A stretch of DNA of 61,071 bases, the filler included, from Diploschistes diacapsis (taxonomy: Eukaryota): NCBI GenBank assembly GCA_023645945.1. It is 8 parts of 8 records of this genome, joined end to end, with 100 filler letters (N's around TTAATTAATTAA, not from the genome) between each part and the next. Parts side by side here need not be neighbours in the genome. Positions count along the whole stretch, not along the records: positions 45,960 to 53,484 come from JALAIB010001276.1; positions 53,585 to 61,071 come from JALAIB010001278.1; 6 more parts are not named here. One strand, 5' to 3'. Under the pieces are notes generated by a model that was not told where the DNA came from, made no database searches, and saw only the letters and a program-made list of their open reading frames with translations. Shown in pieces: positions 47,933 to 60,530 of this stretch. How positions within the stretch are numbered: position 1 is the first letter of the stretch; every line of letters begins with the position of its first letter. The position numbers were made by a program, and so were the translations under genes.

Positions 47933-49746
47933 TTAGCAACGTCTGACTGACTGCGACGTCAGCATGAGTACAGTCTTATTATACAAGCTAACAGCATTCA
48001 CGTCAGCGCCGGCTCGTAAAAGTAGCTGCACTATTTGGATTGCTTCATTCCTCGCGCCAGAGGTGTCCATGGTCTGATACAGTAATGTTGCCTGCAACTT
48101 GTCTCTAATATGTACGCTGAGGCCTGCCTGTAAGAGAAGTTCCACACATTGCTTACTGGTTCTAACTGCATAAAAGCCAGGACACAGCCCCTATATCATC
48201 TTTCTTGTTATAATCTGACATGTGCGATAGCAGCGTCCGAGTCGTTTCGTTATCCCTCGTCAAACAGCCCAGGATAAGGCCGTTTTCCTAGTGTGGTCCG
48301 TGTAATCGATCTGGGCAGACTCGTTCTGTAAGACGCTCTCGACCGAATCACGTATCAGGCGCAAGACTGCTTTGTGCAATCGGTTGAACCAGTATGAATC
48401 AGTATGATTCGTCAAAGTCTGGATTTGGAAACAAGGATCTCATCCGTTCTCTCCACTTGGGAGTATGGGCATATCGCTAGAATTCGGTCCTGTGCAATCC
48501 TCTACTGTGTTCTGCAAGCATAGTTAACTTTTTATGAGCACCAGGACATTATTTGAAACCAGACCTTCTTGCGCAGTCTTCCAAAAATACCTAGCCCTCA
48601 TTTCGATAAGAAACTAGGTGCATCTCGTTTTTCATAGCGTGACTGAATGCTATCGGTACCTTTGTTAGCAAGAAGACAAATTATAACAGGGTGAATCACA
48701 TTAAATTCAAAGGTGTGGTACCACCAGGAGAACAAGCTTAAGCATCTACTGACATCTAATCTGCTGCCTTATTGCCTCCAAGTCGTCCATTTCTATCAAA
48801 TCAAAGATAATATGACTTCCTGGTATGGTTTGGCCTATTGTAAGCGAGCAAGTGATTTGGCGACTATGCTCCACCTAGTCTGGAACAGTATGGCCTATCT
48901 CAGAAACCACGTTAGGAAGAAACAACTATCCGCAGCTCGGTCCGCTTATGACACGGGCATCTTTATGGGCAGTGGCCCATAACGGGAATTACCTCTCAGC
49001 CTGGAAAGAGGCTCCCAAGGGATCCCCGCAGGCAGAGTAAAGTGCTGAGACGAGGACAAGCTCGTTGCTGTTGAGGTACCGAAGGCGCAAGTGGTGATAC
49101 CGCAATAGAGACACTTGGAAATTTAGAAGTGTCAGACCGCTGCGCTGTTGTGCTCTAGGTTCTTCGACCAACGGTAGAGGTTGCAGCTAGCTACATATCT
49201 TCAATTCGACCTAGTCTCCTTTCGATTCTGGATTGGCTTTGCATCAGCAACGATAGATCACTGGAGCGTATATCGTTCAGGAGAACCTTGATTCTCAAAG
49301 CTTGTCTCGTGCCAAATATGGCTGCAAAGGCCAGTCAATCTCTGCCCGCTGTCGCGCAAATCTGCTTGTTATCAGAGTGACCTATCATAGTGCCGTAAGA
49401 GTGAGATCTTGTCAAGTTTAAGGTCTGTTGCTCGTCCTGGCTTCGAAGTTCGATACTGCACGACCGTTTCCACCTCCTATCTTGTTTATAGCTTGCTTAA
49501 GGGTACAAGCGTAGAGTTTGAAGATTGCGCTTTCAACAGAAGGAATCGTAGACACTTCGTGTTTGGGACTTTCAAGAAATCGCTTGCGCTCATGAATATC
49601 AAGCGTAAATATATCATCTCGTGGTTCAATTCCTGAGTAAGCCACGGCCCGTCTCTCTGTTTTAAAATTCTGGCGAATGTTCTTGAAGCTGCAAAACATG
49701 CTCCGAGAACCGTCAAGATACCCATTGCCAAAGGAAATAGATCCAT
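47933..49746 (-). pseudogene. Degenerate gene for a fungal N-terminal (HeLo-like/STAND-associated) domain plus ankyrin-repeat protein
   Basis: N-terminus MDLFPLAMGILTVLGACFAASRTF..RDGP..QELNHEM..LRLI; internal remnants LGSLFPG* and FFLTWFLR*; ankyrin repeats ELLLQAGLSVHIRD and IVQLLLRAGADVNAV; many stops. Confidence 0.55.
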
Positions 49747-50620
49747 AGCGTCTATGGGAAGTTCAGAAACATTGCGCTCGACAGAGACGCCTTTATGTGT
49801 CCTTCTGTCGGGCTTCCAGCTTTGTCACTTGAGAACAATGACATGCTACACATACCTTCTCCCCCAGTGCAGCCAAAGCTTATGCCTTTTGGACGCTCAT
49901 TCGACGCCTTTCCGTAGTGCAGCACCTTCACACCCACTTGCCTGTTGCTGCACGGTGCAGATTATCAATTCTCCACCCCCGACGAGCCTTGCGAGACCTT
50001 CATGAATATGACAGACTCCCTGCGGCTGATAGCATAGCCAAATGTGGCTGGTCTTCCCACCCTTGGCGCTGGAAAGCGTTGCCGGCTATTAATTGCCTCA
50101 GCACAGCAACAACAACCGCAGCCTCATCGAGTAAGGCTTACAATATAGTAACGACGGTTGAAGGATATCAGCTATGCGAATTGTCAGTCCTTCCGAACAT
50201 GGGAGCGGAGTAACAAAGCCCTCTGGACAGGTACTGCGTCCTGCTAATATCCCTGATATATTGCGAGAATGCCGCTATTATTTGGTGCCCTTGGGTTCGA
50301 ACGTTCCTCAACACTCCCACACCCTTCGGTATACCGTGCCTATTCCTGCGACAAATCATCAATAGCAACATGCATATACATTTAGTTACCTCCGGGTTTG
50401 TTGAATTTAAGTATCTGAAGGAGTGGACACGTGCGGCTACCTAATCTAGGTGAACCCGGTAATCACACGTGTGACTTTGACTTGTCATTTACATCGCCTG
50501 CTACTGAGGGAATCGGTAATATTACACAAGACAGTTACTTCTCCGTTGTCCCATTAGGGAGCATCCATTTGAAATCTCCTCGCGAATTCCTCTGGTGCCT
50601 CATCACGTAGAGAGGACACC

Positions 50621-51975
50621 TTATGCCTTCTTGAAGTGTTTAAAACGATCAGACACGGGCCAGGCATACGGTTCGCTTTCCTCAACATTCTTCTCAAGGG
50701 GGCCTTCTGCTGTGAGTTGCTCGACTAAGGCGAAGTAAAAGTACACTCCTACTGCTGTAAGAATGTGCCACCTGGGATTGTCAGATTATTCAAAGCCAAG
50801 GCATACGGATAAGGGAAAACGTCTTGCGCAAGAAGAAAAAGTCCACAGACTCACCATCCATGCAGTTCGAGCAAAAAGCCCCATGGCATGCCTAATGATC
50901 TTCGTATTCGGCGGAGATGCGAACATGCCATGTTGTCTATGTTCCACGATACCCACGCTGCAAAGATCATGACTAAGAATCGAATCAGTCAGCAGACCAC
51001 ACAAATGACAGACGGTATGATGCTCAGGTAAGAAGCGATCAGAGGAACCTACTGGCTCCCATTTTGGCCATGCTATTCATCCGCTGCTTCAACTGCGTGT
51101 CGCTAATGCGCCAATTAATCAGCTTCCTGGTCCTGATCGCAACGCAAGCTATCATGACCGCGAAGGTCAATTGGTGAGTGGTACTCTCATGAGCCCAACA
51201 GTGAAAGACCGCAACGGCTATGAGAAGCGCAGACAGGCCAAGCGCGAAGTTGCGGCTCCAGACCGAAGGCCTGCCGAAGCTCATGACGCGATGCAAGATG
51301 ATGCCTGTAGCAAAGAACATGGCGAGGTCATCGGCTGGGAATGACGTGAGCGGTGGGTCTCAAAACTTTGGGGGGCTGATGTACGTTATACTGATTGATT
51401 AAAGGAAAGGGAAAAGCTCACCCCATTGAGCCTGGAGCTTGATAGTGCCATGAAAGGCGGCCGAACCGATACCTACGCTAGCTATACCGAAGTAGGGCAG
51501 CGAGGCGCTCCAAAAATTCGCTTTACGCCTGCATTGCTGGATGCCGTACCATGCATAGAACACTGTCCGGATCAGCTCCGTGTTACTTCTTGGGGACCAT
51601 ATGACCAAGACTTGCAGTAAGAGATATTGGTCAGAGTGTTGACAAACTCCGCAACAAGGCTCGTTTGCAGGTAGTCCTAAGGCAAGTAGGCCGCATTTAG
51701 TACGACGTATTAATAGTATGCGTGTGAACAACGGGATGGTAAATTCTACAGTGTCCTTCCGATTTCCTCAAGGTGGAACCTGCCGCAGTCTACAGGAACG
51801 GTCTCAGATCTGTGTGTAAGGAAAAGCAGCTCTACCTCTTCGCAATAACTAGAAGGACATCAGTAGATGTCTTCGCAGAGTCTTAAATTGTCAAGCCATA
51901 CTTCTCTTGGGACGTGACTTCGCCCCATATACCATCTTTCGGGGCATCCGGGTAAGGGATTCTCATAGTGATCAT
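50621..51975 (-). CDS. Alkaline (phyto/dihydro)ceramidase, CREST family, multi-exon
   Basis: Spliced product WGEVTSQEN|YCEE|DYLQTSLVAEFVNTLTN, GIGSAAFHGT, DDLAM, WNIDN..C, LLELHGW|WHILT; stop at 50621-50623. Confidence 0.85.
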
Positions 51976-52650
51976 GGTGGACTGTAGGAAGATGAGAAAG
52001 CCTCAGAAGTGCAAATGCATATGTAAATACAATTCGAAATCGTGGTATGTGTATATGAGAAGGAAAAAAGTTAGTTGATGATGTTACCAAGGCGCTCTGC
52101 GGTACCATAAGCGATAAATTCCTTGTTCAATTGCTAGCACCATTGCCTCGGTCATTAAAGAGATGAGACAAGACAGAGTAGACACGCTAAAAAATGGGTC
52201 ACGGCTGCAGGCTGCCTGCCCATTATCTGACCGAAGCTGCCACTTTAGCATGTTCTACTCATAATATGAGTCTTCTTCTCCCTATAGTATATCAAAAACC
52301 CTCCTAGGCTCTATCATACCGCAGTCACTGCTCCACAGTAGCTGACCGTTAACTCTATCTTAAGAGACGGCTTGGCGAAACAAAACCTATCTGGTACATT
52401 GAAAGAGTTGTGAATGGTTAGCATCGAAGCAGTGAGGCATTCATTGATCACTCTTCGGTTGAGGAATATACAAGTAAAATACTGAAAAGCTACTCAAGTT
52501 AGGATCATCCAATTGTTGCAGGAACAGCGCGATATATACAGACCTCTCCAATATTGGACAGCATGACGAAGCCATGACGCATAAGCGTCGCTCTCCTGCG
52601 CGAGGCATAGTTCAAACCCACCGTTCTCCTCCCTCCACACCCAAGCACGG

Positions 52651-53484
52651 ATGCCAACATTCCCCGACCTAAGGACTGACACCATTCCCTCCGCCGTCAA
52701 CCCCACTATAATCCACACCTCCTGGACTAAGAAAGACTACCTCCACCCCTGGCCCTCTAACCCCTCCACACTAACCACCCGCTCAACACCTATCTCCTTT
52801 ACCACCGGCACCGGTGCCTCCATTTTCACCTCCACCCTCCTCCCCGCCCTCGAGTCCGCCACTAGCGAGGTAATCCTCTGCACCTGCTTCTGGGCGCCCA
52901 GCCCCACCCTCGTCTCGCTGCGCGCCTCTATCCTCCGTCTGAACGCCAGATCCCTCACCCTCAGCCGCCAAAACGGCGGCAAGAAAATCCGCCTTTACAT
53001 CTGTCTTTCCTCGCGCTCGCTGTGGCAGAAGCTCTTCCACACCAGCTCGCCCAATGGCTACACGTATCCGCCAAGCACATGGAGCTCGAGACTCGGGCTA
53101 CCCGGACCGGAAGATTTGACGGGGTTAGAGGTGCGTGTGGAAAGCCTATTCTTCAGGCCCTTCAGCGTGCTGCATTCGAAGTACCTGATCGTCGATCGGA
53201 AGCGGGTGTATTTTCCCAGCTGTAATGTGAGCTGGGAGGAGTGGCTGGAGTGCTGCGTTGGGTTCGAAGGCCCTGTTGTGGAGCAGGCTCTGGAGTTCTG
53301 GAGGGATGTCTGGAGGCCTCGGAAGTGCTCCACCATAGCACCACCGTTGGACAGTGGCACTAGCGCGATTTTCACCAGTCCGGAATACCATAGAACCCGT
53401 CAACCTACCCTTACCTTTCCCCGCAAGCCCCTCCAAACAGCGTTCCTCCCCCACCCTCACCACTCCTGCCTCTCCCTCTCCATC
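52651..53484 (+). CDS. Phospholipase D/nuclease superfamily protein (3' truncated)
   Basis: HKD motif LHSKYLIVD followed by PSCNVSWEEWLE; ATSEVILCTCFWA. Confidence 0.8.
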
Positions 53485-53584
53485 NNNNNNNNNNNNNNNN
53501 NNNNNNNNNNNNNNNNNNNNNNNNNNNNTTAATTAATTAANNNNNNNNNNNNNNNNNNNNNNNNNNNNNNNNNNNNNNNNNNNN
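53485..53584. other. Artificial contig linker
   Basis: N44-TTAATTAATTAA-N44. Confidence 0.98.
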
Positions 53585-54000
53585 GGGCAGGCACGCGGGG
53601 CGAGGGGGAAGGAAATCCGAGGTCCGGCGACGACGCAGCAGCAGACGTGGATTCTGCCGCCAAAGGCTCGCCGCATGCGGTCTACTACGAGACGGCGCTG
53701 AACGCGCTGCGCCGCATGCGGGACGACCTGGCCCTCGCGAATCTCCTGTCGCGCGACTACGTGGGCGAAGACGGCTCCTGCAAGTGGAGCGTCCCCCGCG
53801 GGGAAGATGGTGGTGGTGACGATGGTGGCGTGTGCGGCTCCGGTCCGGCCCACGAGGCCGTGGTCGCGGACCGCGTGGCTGCTGCACATCCTGCGGTCGT
53901 GAAGTGGACGGGCGTCGTGGAGGCTTGGATGCGTGCTTTTGCCGTCGATAAGGAGACGGTTATGGCATGTCTGCGGGCCAGGCTTGCGGGAAAGGGGTGA
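53585..54000 (+). CDS. 3' end of an unknown protein (5' truncated)
   Basis: GC3-rich open frame from the contig start to a stop at 54000: YYETALNALRRMRDDLALANLLSRDY..VKWTGVVEAWMRAF. Confidence 0.5.
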
Positions 54001-54546
54001 GGCTTGGGGATACCCGAAGCGACTTGCCACCTACGTGGACACGATGTAACGGCTATGCATGGAGGCTCGGCAGCGAAGCGGGCTCCCGAACTGCAGATAT
54101 CGAGGAAATAGGAGCTCTTGGACTTGGATGCAACCGCATTAGACTTAGGAACAAGCATACTGTGCGGCACAGCGATCATGAGATTGAATGCTTGGGCGAT
54201 TTGATCATCCACTATTTCTACTGCAGCAGCTTTGTTTCGATCTTGACAGGAACAGTAGTTGTGTGAGATGCTGATAATCGTTCTACTATGAGTGGTCAAG
54301 TTCTAAATTGAAAAAAGGTCGGCCTATTAGCGCCCGTACTCCGCGCCGTGACTATATCCAGCTTCTCTACAACACAAGTCTTCCATTTGTGGTAAGTTGT
54401 CGCGAGCTGTTTCTTCAGCCTCAATCTGAAAATGTCTCTTTCGTTTACAATATCAATGAGCGATCAGGCTCGTCCACCTCACACCGACCAGTTCCTCTTT
54501 TCAACCCGTCCAATCTCCACTCCTGCAAGACTACCCGTCGTGAAAG

Positions 54547-56259
54547 ATGCCGTATGAGAGTCGAAGAAGCAAGGGCTGCTACACATGCAAGGCTAGGAAA
54601 GTAAAGGTGAGCTACCGTGTGCACCAGGGATACGGCTGCTGCGGGAAAGTTGCACGGCTAACCACGTGGCAAGTGTGATCTGACACTTCCCTCATGCGAG
54701 CGGTGTCTCAAATCCGGGAAAGAATGCGGATACCCTGATTACTTGGATCTGCACTTCAGAGACCAGACAATCCTTGCCGGCCACAGAGCCGTGAGTCAAT
54801 GGCGGAGCCGCACCAAAAACTCCAAATCCTCGGGTTGCACCTCCGTGGCACTTATAGAACCAACACCGGCGAGATCTGAAGATGGCCCATCTGTCCAGGT
54901 CCAAAGCTGGAAGGATTGCTTCCAGACCACGAGTTTCAACGTGGCTGCTCGAGCTAAGGCATGTCCTTTGCTCTATGCACCTAATGTGCCCCAAGAGGCC
55001 TTTGTTATCAACCTGTTCTTCCTTAGCTTTGTATCATGTCCGCGAAATCCGATTCCTTGGTTGAGTTACTTGAAAGCGCTGCCCTCTCTATACGCAGCCG
55101 CTTCGCCAACTTCGTGCCTGCCAGCGACCGTCTTGGCCGTGTCCTACGCCCATCTGGCAGGTCGCACGAACTCGCCGGCTATACGAAGCCGAGCGATTGC
55201 ACAGTATGGCAGAGCTCTCCGCTTGTTGAGCGAAACGTTGAGCAAGGGCAAGGGGGATTTTGGAAACGAGGTGGTATCGTCGTCGAACCTCCTTGCACTG
55301 TACGAATCCATGATGAGCGATGAAGACTTGAGAAGCGAGTCTATTGTTAGACACCTTCGCGGAGCTGTAGTGCTCGCGAGGATCCGAGGACAAGATATCA
55401 TGGCAACCGAACTTGGCAGAACTATTTTCATGCAGCTCTATTTCCACAACGTGAGTGTTGTTCGGATCCGCTGGACGGTAAAGGCTAATATGATCCCATC
55501 TAGCTCGTCAGTAGCCTGAGACTTTCCAGGTGTCCACCGGTACCGGTAGACCACTGGCAGAATGATGTTCGGTCATTCTTCCCTGCAGCACGTTTTGTGA
55601 GAACTATGCACGAAGTAGCCGAGTTGCGCTATGAGTTGCACGACCTGCTTGTGGAGAAGTCATCCAAGCTCTCCATGGAATCCAGGTTTGCGCAGTTCGC
55701 GCAGAAACTAACAGACTATGATGCGGCGCTTGTCGAATGGGAAGCGAAACTGCCAGCGAGCTTTCGGAGCAAAGAAGTGCAGATCGCAAGCCTTCGCCCT
55801 CAAGATCCTCGCACCAGCTTAGTATCCTCACAAGACTTCTTCGACTCCATCCTTTTCTATCCAAGTCTCTTGGCGGCAGTTGCGTACAGCCACGTGCGTT
55901 GCGTTCGAATACTCGTCCTTCAAAGCCTGAGAGATTGCCGAATGACCCTAGGCCAGCCAGATGACTGTGGAAAGCTGGAGTCTGCCGAAAAGGCCGTGAT
56001 GACGGATCTCTGCCGCTCGATGTTCCAATTTCTGAACTGCGGAACGGGTGAAAGTGTCATGTGGCCTGAAGTAGAAATATTGAGCGGCATGCGTGGAGTT
56101 TTTCTGTTCTGGCCTTTGCAAATTGTGGCTTCTGCAAGCCATCTAACCTTGCCTCTGGCGACGCAAGGCCAATTGAGATTTGTCAAGGCAGTACTGACCT
56201 ATATCCATCAAAAGCGTGGCTTGCCGCAGGGCCAAAGCAACCTGTTGGCGGTGCGCTGA
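54547..56259 (+). CDS. Zn(II)2Cys6 transcription factor with a C-terminal fungal TF domain
   Basis: MPYESRRSKGCYTCKARKVK|CDLTLPSCERCLKSGKECGY (intron ~54607-54673); AIAQYGRALRLL, LLALYE, HLRGAVVLARIRG; second intron ~55451-55503; LFWPL. Confidence 0.88.
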
Positions 56260-58256
56260 ACGAGGTAGCGCATAGTAAGGCTCACTGCTTGTCGATAAAG
56301 TCGAAAGTCAAGCTATCGGAGCGGTTCTGAGCATCCTTGGAGTGCCACATAGTCCCAGCTTGGTTAGGAGAAGCGCGCTTCCTCTTGTCGGACCTTACCC
56401 GACCTGGCGGGGCTCCAAGCCCACATGCAATCGGATGGGGTGCTAGCTAGCTCGCCGTCTGGCAATTTGAATTGCGCCTCTTACAACCTGCCCTCGATGA
56501 ATAAGAGGCCGACGATAACACTCAAGCAAAGGCGGTGGGCAGTTAAGCATGCATCTGAAGGATACGTGGCTGATGCGATGAAACCGTGGACCGCGTCCTG
56601 CCAACTCATCAAGCTGCGAACGACTGGCCGGGTCGTCCAAGGGAAGAAGCTGTTACGGCAGGCTATACTAATAATGGTGGTAATTGGCGCATCAAATACC
56701 CCCTTCCATTACACTATATTATGCCCTCACAAGAAACTCGAAAAGATGCTTCAGGCAATCCACAAAACCAACGTGAAAACTGAGAGACAGCGACAAGCAT
56801 CTCAAGTTTGTTGTAATCTCGAGCGGTGGTGGTGTGGGCATGAAGTGGTGAGAAAAGTTGTTTGGTGTATCTATCTACCTATTACCGTTAATATCTAATG
56901 TCGACTCCGGGAAGCAAACTCGCGGCTCGCTTATAGGACGGACGGCAATCAGTGTTGCAGCATACTATACTCTGTAGAATCCAGCAAGATAGTGTGTGTT
57001 AGTTATACGAGGAAGCATGAGTCGAATACAGAGTGAATGAATGAATGAATGAATTGCTCTCTACCAAGGGCCAAAACGGCGGGACAAGTTGAAGTCGACA
57101 CTTTAGAACTAACTACTCTGACTAGTTATAGTCTCCTTCTAAGCTGACAGCTCATCGCGGAACGGATCAGCAAGTTAGTAGCCGACAAGAGCAGAGCCCA
57201 AGTTTTCTGCCCTGCCCTGCCCAATCCCAAAAATAAAAAATAAAAAATAAAAAAATAGCTCCCACCTACTACTACTAAACTCCCTTTGCGCCCATTGCCT
57301 GCTCCGCCCGTCTTCAATTACCCTTCGAATATGATTATGATACTCCTTCGCATCTGATGCAGCTTCCACTGCCTTGACAGAGGGCCCCGGAGCTCGCTCT
57401 TCGAGTGCAGGTGGTGGTTGGGGAGTTGGGGTTTCAGCGCGGCCAGCGGGCGGCGGCGGCGGAGGAGGAGCGCAAAGAGAGATCTTTCGGGCTCTGTCGA
57501 GAGCTTCTTGAAGCTCACCACGAACAGCAGCGCAATTGCGTACAGAGCAACGGTGGTCCAGCGTCTTGAACAACCTCTGAGCTATTGATTGGAGTTCTTC
57601 GACCTTGTATTACCTAGAAAGCACTTCCGAGCAACCCATGCGACTGTGTGAGTACATCATTTCCCCAGCCTCCCCAATAATCAAAATTTCCAGAGAGCTT
57701 CGAAAGATCGTCTCGCTTTGGTTACCGGCCACGCTCTGGGTTCCCAGCCATTGCTTTTTTAAATCACCCGCATTTTTTCTCTCCATCCCAATCACTAACT
57801 TGCACCCGCCATGCAGACACATTCCTGACTTCATGTTCTGCATCAGCGCCGCCGTTGTTCTTCCTACACTCTAGCCTCAATTCCGAGGCGCATTGACGCG
57901 CCAAGGCGCGCTTCCCTCTTCTGTTGTCTTTGCGATAGTTCGCTGCGCTGTATCAATACATTACGTCCAGTCCCCCTCAGTCGCCTGCTGCGTCTCCATC
58001 CCGCGAGAGGATCCATTACGACGTCTACGAGCTTTACGACCCTCTCGCACGATTCCCGCGGCGCCAGCAGCAACGGCCGCCTTCGCGTCCCCTAACTCGA
58101 CCCTCGAGCTCCTCCGGAACAAGCTCTCCCACCTTACGGAGAACGCCAAAGTTCGACGAGCAGGTCCAGGCCCGACGTCGAGCCTTTTCCGCCTCGGCTT
58201 CGGAGCGTCCGATCTTTGAGCAGCCTGTTGTCCAGCAGACCATACAACAGCCTCTC

Positions 58257-60530
58257 TTGCCATTCACCGATCAAGGCGGAACTTCGACAGCCGCAGCTGC
58301 TGGCTCACCGGATCCTCCGCCGTATTGGCCTCGAAGAACCAACCACGTCTCGAGAAGAACCGCCGGTGCAATCCTCTTCGCGCTTGAGGAAGCCATACGG
58401 ACGCCGTTCCCCTTTACTCCCGACAAGGCTGAGGAGAACGCCTCGATGGCGGATCTCAGGGGTCCGGTAGGAACTCCGCGGGTACAAAATGGATCCAAAG
58501 CAGCTGGCGGTCCCGTCACGGTCCCAGTACCAGGAGCGAATCCCGAGGTGCGCATGCGGAGCCCCAGACAAGTAATGCGAGATCGGGAGCTACGAATGGC
58601 CAAGAAGAAGCAAGATGAAGAGGAAGAACAGGCAAGAGTAAGCGCGGAGCGAAGAGCGGTACAGGAAGCTGCTGGCGTTGCGAACGTAACCGGAAGGAAT
58701 AGGTATCAGGAAAGGCTTAGTCAGAGCGCACAAGGTCCTCAGGATCAGAGAAGGAGCCAAACAGACAACGGACGTACGCCAATGGGAACATTAGCGCAAG
58801 GCTCTTCACAGTTGAACTCCAATCCGGGAAGCGTACGAAAATCCGGCGGGCAGCCCCAACGATCTCAACCGACAACGCAGCCCAGAGCGAGAGCTGCATC
58901 ACAGCCAGACCAACTCCGGTCTGGGCAAAGCCAACCTCAACGAGCAGCGTCCGGCACGTATCCCCAACAGCCGCAGGCCACCCAAACGAGGCCAGACAAC
59001 TCCAATCCAGCCGGGACAACTCGAGCTCAGGCCGAGCCCTCTGCATCCACCCAACGCCCCGCGGCTGCCGCGCAACAGAGTACGGCGCAAGCACGACCGA
59101 GCAACACATCTACCTTTCCTCATGCATTCGAGAGATGGGAAACCCTATCCTCACACTGGGAGGGCCTTACCAACTTTTGGATCAAACGGCTCCAAGGGAA
59201 CAGCGACGAGCTTTCTGGGCAGCCTCTCAACCAACAACTCGCTCGCCAGGTGACTGACTTGGCCGCCGCTGGTGCCAATCTTTTCCATGCAGTGGTTGAA
59301 CTTCAACGGCTACGAGCTTCGTCCGAGCGAAAATTTCAGAGATGGTTCTTTGAGACTCGGGAAGAGCATGAGAGGAACCAAGAGAGGATAGCGCAGTTGG
59401 AGAATGAGCTGAGCGAGGCCAGGCGGAATCAGAGGACAACTACGGAGCGACCATCCGGCGCCGTTCCAGAGGAGGCGTTGGAGCAAGCAAGGAAAGAAGC
59501 GCGGGACAGGGCGAACGAGCAGATCGCGAACATTAGACGTGAAACAGAGCTTGAAATCAAGGAAAAGAACAGAGAGCTGGAAATATCCAGGGAAGAAGCT
59601 CGCCGGGGCTGGGAAGAGATCGGCCGAATGGAGCAAGAGAACAGAGATCGTACCTTTTCGCTTCGTCGTGGCGAACCGACGATCGTAGGAGGCGTGCAAG
59701 TGGTCCCTATGATGGCCGCAGGAGCAAGCCGGCAGACAAGCACCAGCAGAGGGCATGCGGGTGGAGGGCTGAGCTCGCATCCGCCGCAGTCCGAGGGTGC
59801 CGGGGGCGCGGAAGCGGGATATACGGGGTACGATCCAAGCAAATCAGAGACGGATACCGATCCTTTCACCGAAAGTGGTAGGGATGCTTCTACAGCTCCC
59901 ATGGTCCCAACCTCCGTTCCTCAACAGCCTCCTACGTCGGCAGCCGCGATGCTAACAGCTGGAGTTGCCTCTTCGCCCAGAGCTCGCACTCCCAGAGACA
60001 TTTTTCCGCCATCAAATGCTACTTACGATATCGATCAACCCGTACAAGCCCCTACCACGTCATCATTTTACCAACATGGTGGTGCTGCTACGGCTCTGCA
60101 CCGGGGCGAACCAGGTTATGCGAATCCTGGCGAAGCTGATCAGCGATCCTACGCAGAGTCTGAGGGGAGCCTAGGGGAAGAGCGCTATCTGGCAGACGAG
60201 CATGGGAATCTCATCTATGACCGGGAAGGCAATCCCATCCTAGCGGTCCGTCAAGCCGAGAGCGAAGGAAGTGCGGACTACGACGTCATCGAGCAGCTGC
60301 AGAGGGAGCGTGTCCTTGCGCCTTTCCCAGGACAAGGACAATACGGTGGATACGCTCAAACCAGCAACGGCAGCTACTCGACACCTGACTATTCTGGGTC
60401 TGGATACGGCAGAGACTGGGAAATTCCGCGGCATCACCACCCCACCAGGCTGAGCGACGTTCCTGAGGAAGACGAGCGGAGCAGAACGAGTCCTTCGCGG
60501 GCTAGCCAGAGGAGCAGAGGAGTACGTTGA
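58257..60530 (+). CDS. Conserved Pezizomycotina coiled-coil/disordered protein
   Basis: 757-aa intact ORF; conserved-looking blocks SRRTAGAILFALEEA, FPHAFERWETLSSHWEGLT, LFHAVVELQRLRASSERKFQRWF, GEPTIVGGVQVVPM and RHHHPTRLSDVPEEDE. Confidence 0.8.
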   Translation: MPFTDQGGTSTAAAAGSPDPPPYWPRRTNHVSRRTAGAILFALEEAIRTPFPFTPDKAEENASMADLRGPVGTPRVQNGSKAAGGPVTVPVPGANPEVRMRSPRQVMRDRELRMAKKKQDEEEEQARVSAERRAVQEAAGVANVTGRNRYQERLSQSAQGPQDQRRSQTDNGRTPMGTLAQGSSQLNSNPGSVRKSGGQPQRSQPTTQPRARAASQPDQLRSGQSQPQRAASGTYPQQPQATQTRPDNSNPAGTTRAQAEPSASTQRPAAAAQQSTAQARPSNTSTFPHAFERWETLSSHWEGLTNFWIKRLQGNSDELSGQPLNQQLARQVTDLAAAGANLFHAVVELQRLRASSERKFQRWFFETREEHERNQERIAQLENELSEARRNQRTTTERPSGAVPEEALEQARKEARDRANEQIANIRRETELEIKEKNRELEISREEARRGWEEIGRMEQENRDRTFSLRRGEPTIVGGVQVVPMMAAGASRQTSTSRGHAGGGLSSHPPQSEGAGGAEAGYTGYDPSKSETDTDPFTESGRDASTAPMVPTSVPQQPPTSAAAMLTAGVASSPRARTPRDIFPPSNATYDIDQPVQAPTTSSFYQHGGAATALHRGEPGYANPGEADQRSYAESEGSLGEERYLADEHGNLIYDREGNPILAVRQAESEGSADYDVIEQLQRERVLAPFPGQGQYGGYAQTSNGSYSTPDYSGSGYGRDWEIPRHHHPTRLSDVPEEDERSRTSPSRASQRSRGVR

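Noticed and set aside
7631..53540. Recurrent TTAATTAATTAA motif at ~7.6-kb spacing, as a possible CRISPR-like or regulatory repeat
   Set aside because: It is always embedded in N44 runs and is a synthetic six-frame stop linker
27534..57054. Microsatellites (CAATA)4 at ~27534 and (GAAT)5 at ~57035
   Set aside because: Ordinary short simple repeats with no evidence of function
57175..57843. Possible small minus-strand gene (..VEELQSIAQRLFKTLDHRC..PPPPPPP..)
   Set aside because: No convincing start or exon structure and no recognisable domain; left uncalled
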